Source: Dipteris shenzhenensis
Lineage: Eukaryota
Assembly (NCBI GenBank): GCA_047967505.1
Contig: CM106538.1
Strand: one strand, 5' to 3'
Length of the DNA: 64,000 nucleotides
The translations under genes were made by a program, and so were the position numbers. Positions 63,981-64,000 of the stretch are shown here, piece by piece (the first letter of the stretch is position 1; every line of letters starts with the position of its first letter). The notes beneath the pieces were generated by a model. It was not told where the DNA came from. It made no database searches and saw only the letters and a list, made by a program, of their open reading frames with translations.

Positions 63981-64000
63981 CATGATCTTGATGTTGCGAG

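Overview
Eukaryotic, transposon-saturated land-plant DNA. A non-seed plant such as a fern or lycophyte is my guess from the element types, not something the sequence proves. One intact host gene was found: a 6-exon, 187-aa secreted LRR-only protein resembling a SERK/LRR1 ectodomain (62879-63980, +). A broken paralog lies at ~10.9-11.5 kb, and further 3'-end remnants sit in direct and inverted segmental duplications (12-15 kb, 28-32.5 kb, 35.5-37.7 kb). The rest is nested, decayed mobile DNA: (i) a 20.5-kb Ty3/gypsy element (39852-60336, tRNA-Asp PBS, TSD ATCTC/ATCTT) that splits a Ty1/copia element and whose 5' LTR carries 7.6 kb of younger insertions; (ii) a diverged relative of that gypsy at 4.2-9.3 kb (-); (iii) Sola-like/DUF7869-type DD(D/E) transposase pseudogenes (1-2123, 45026-47758, probable third 5' part at 3235-4210); (iv) En/Spm-type elements with CACAA termini and divergently oriented transposase and ORF2, one inserted in a sibling (TSD TAT); (v) other CACTA and copia remnants and several MITEs. 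The best candidate for something undescribed is a long extra ORF between pol and the 3' LTR, conserved at protein level with mostly synonymous differences between the two gypsy copies. All family names come from recalled motifs, with no database search.
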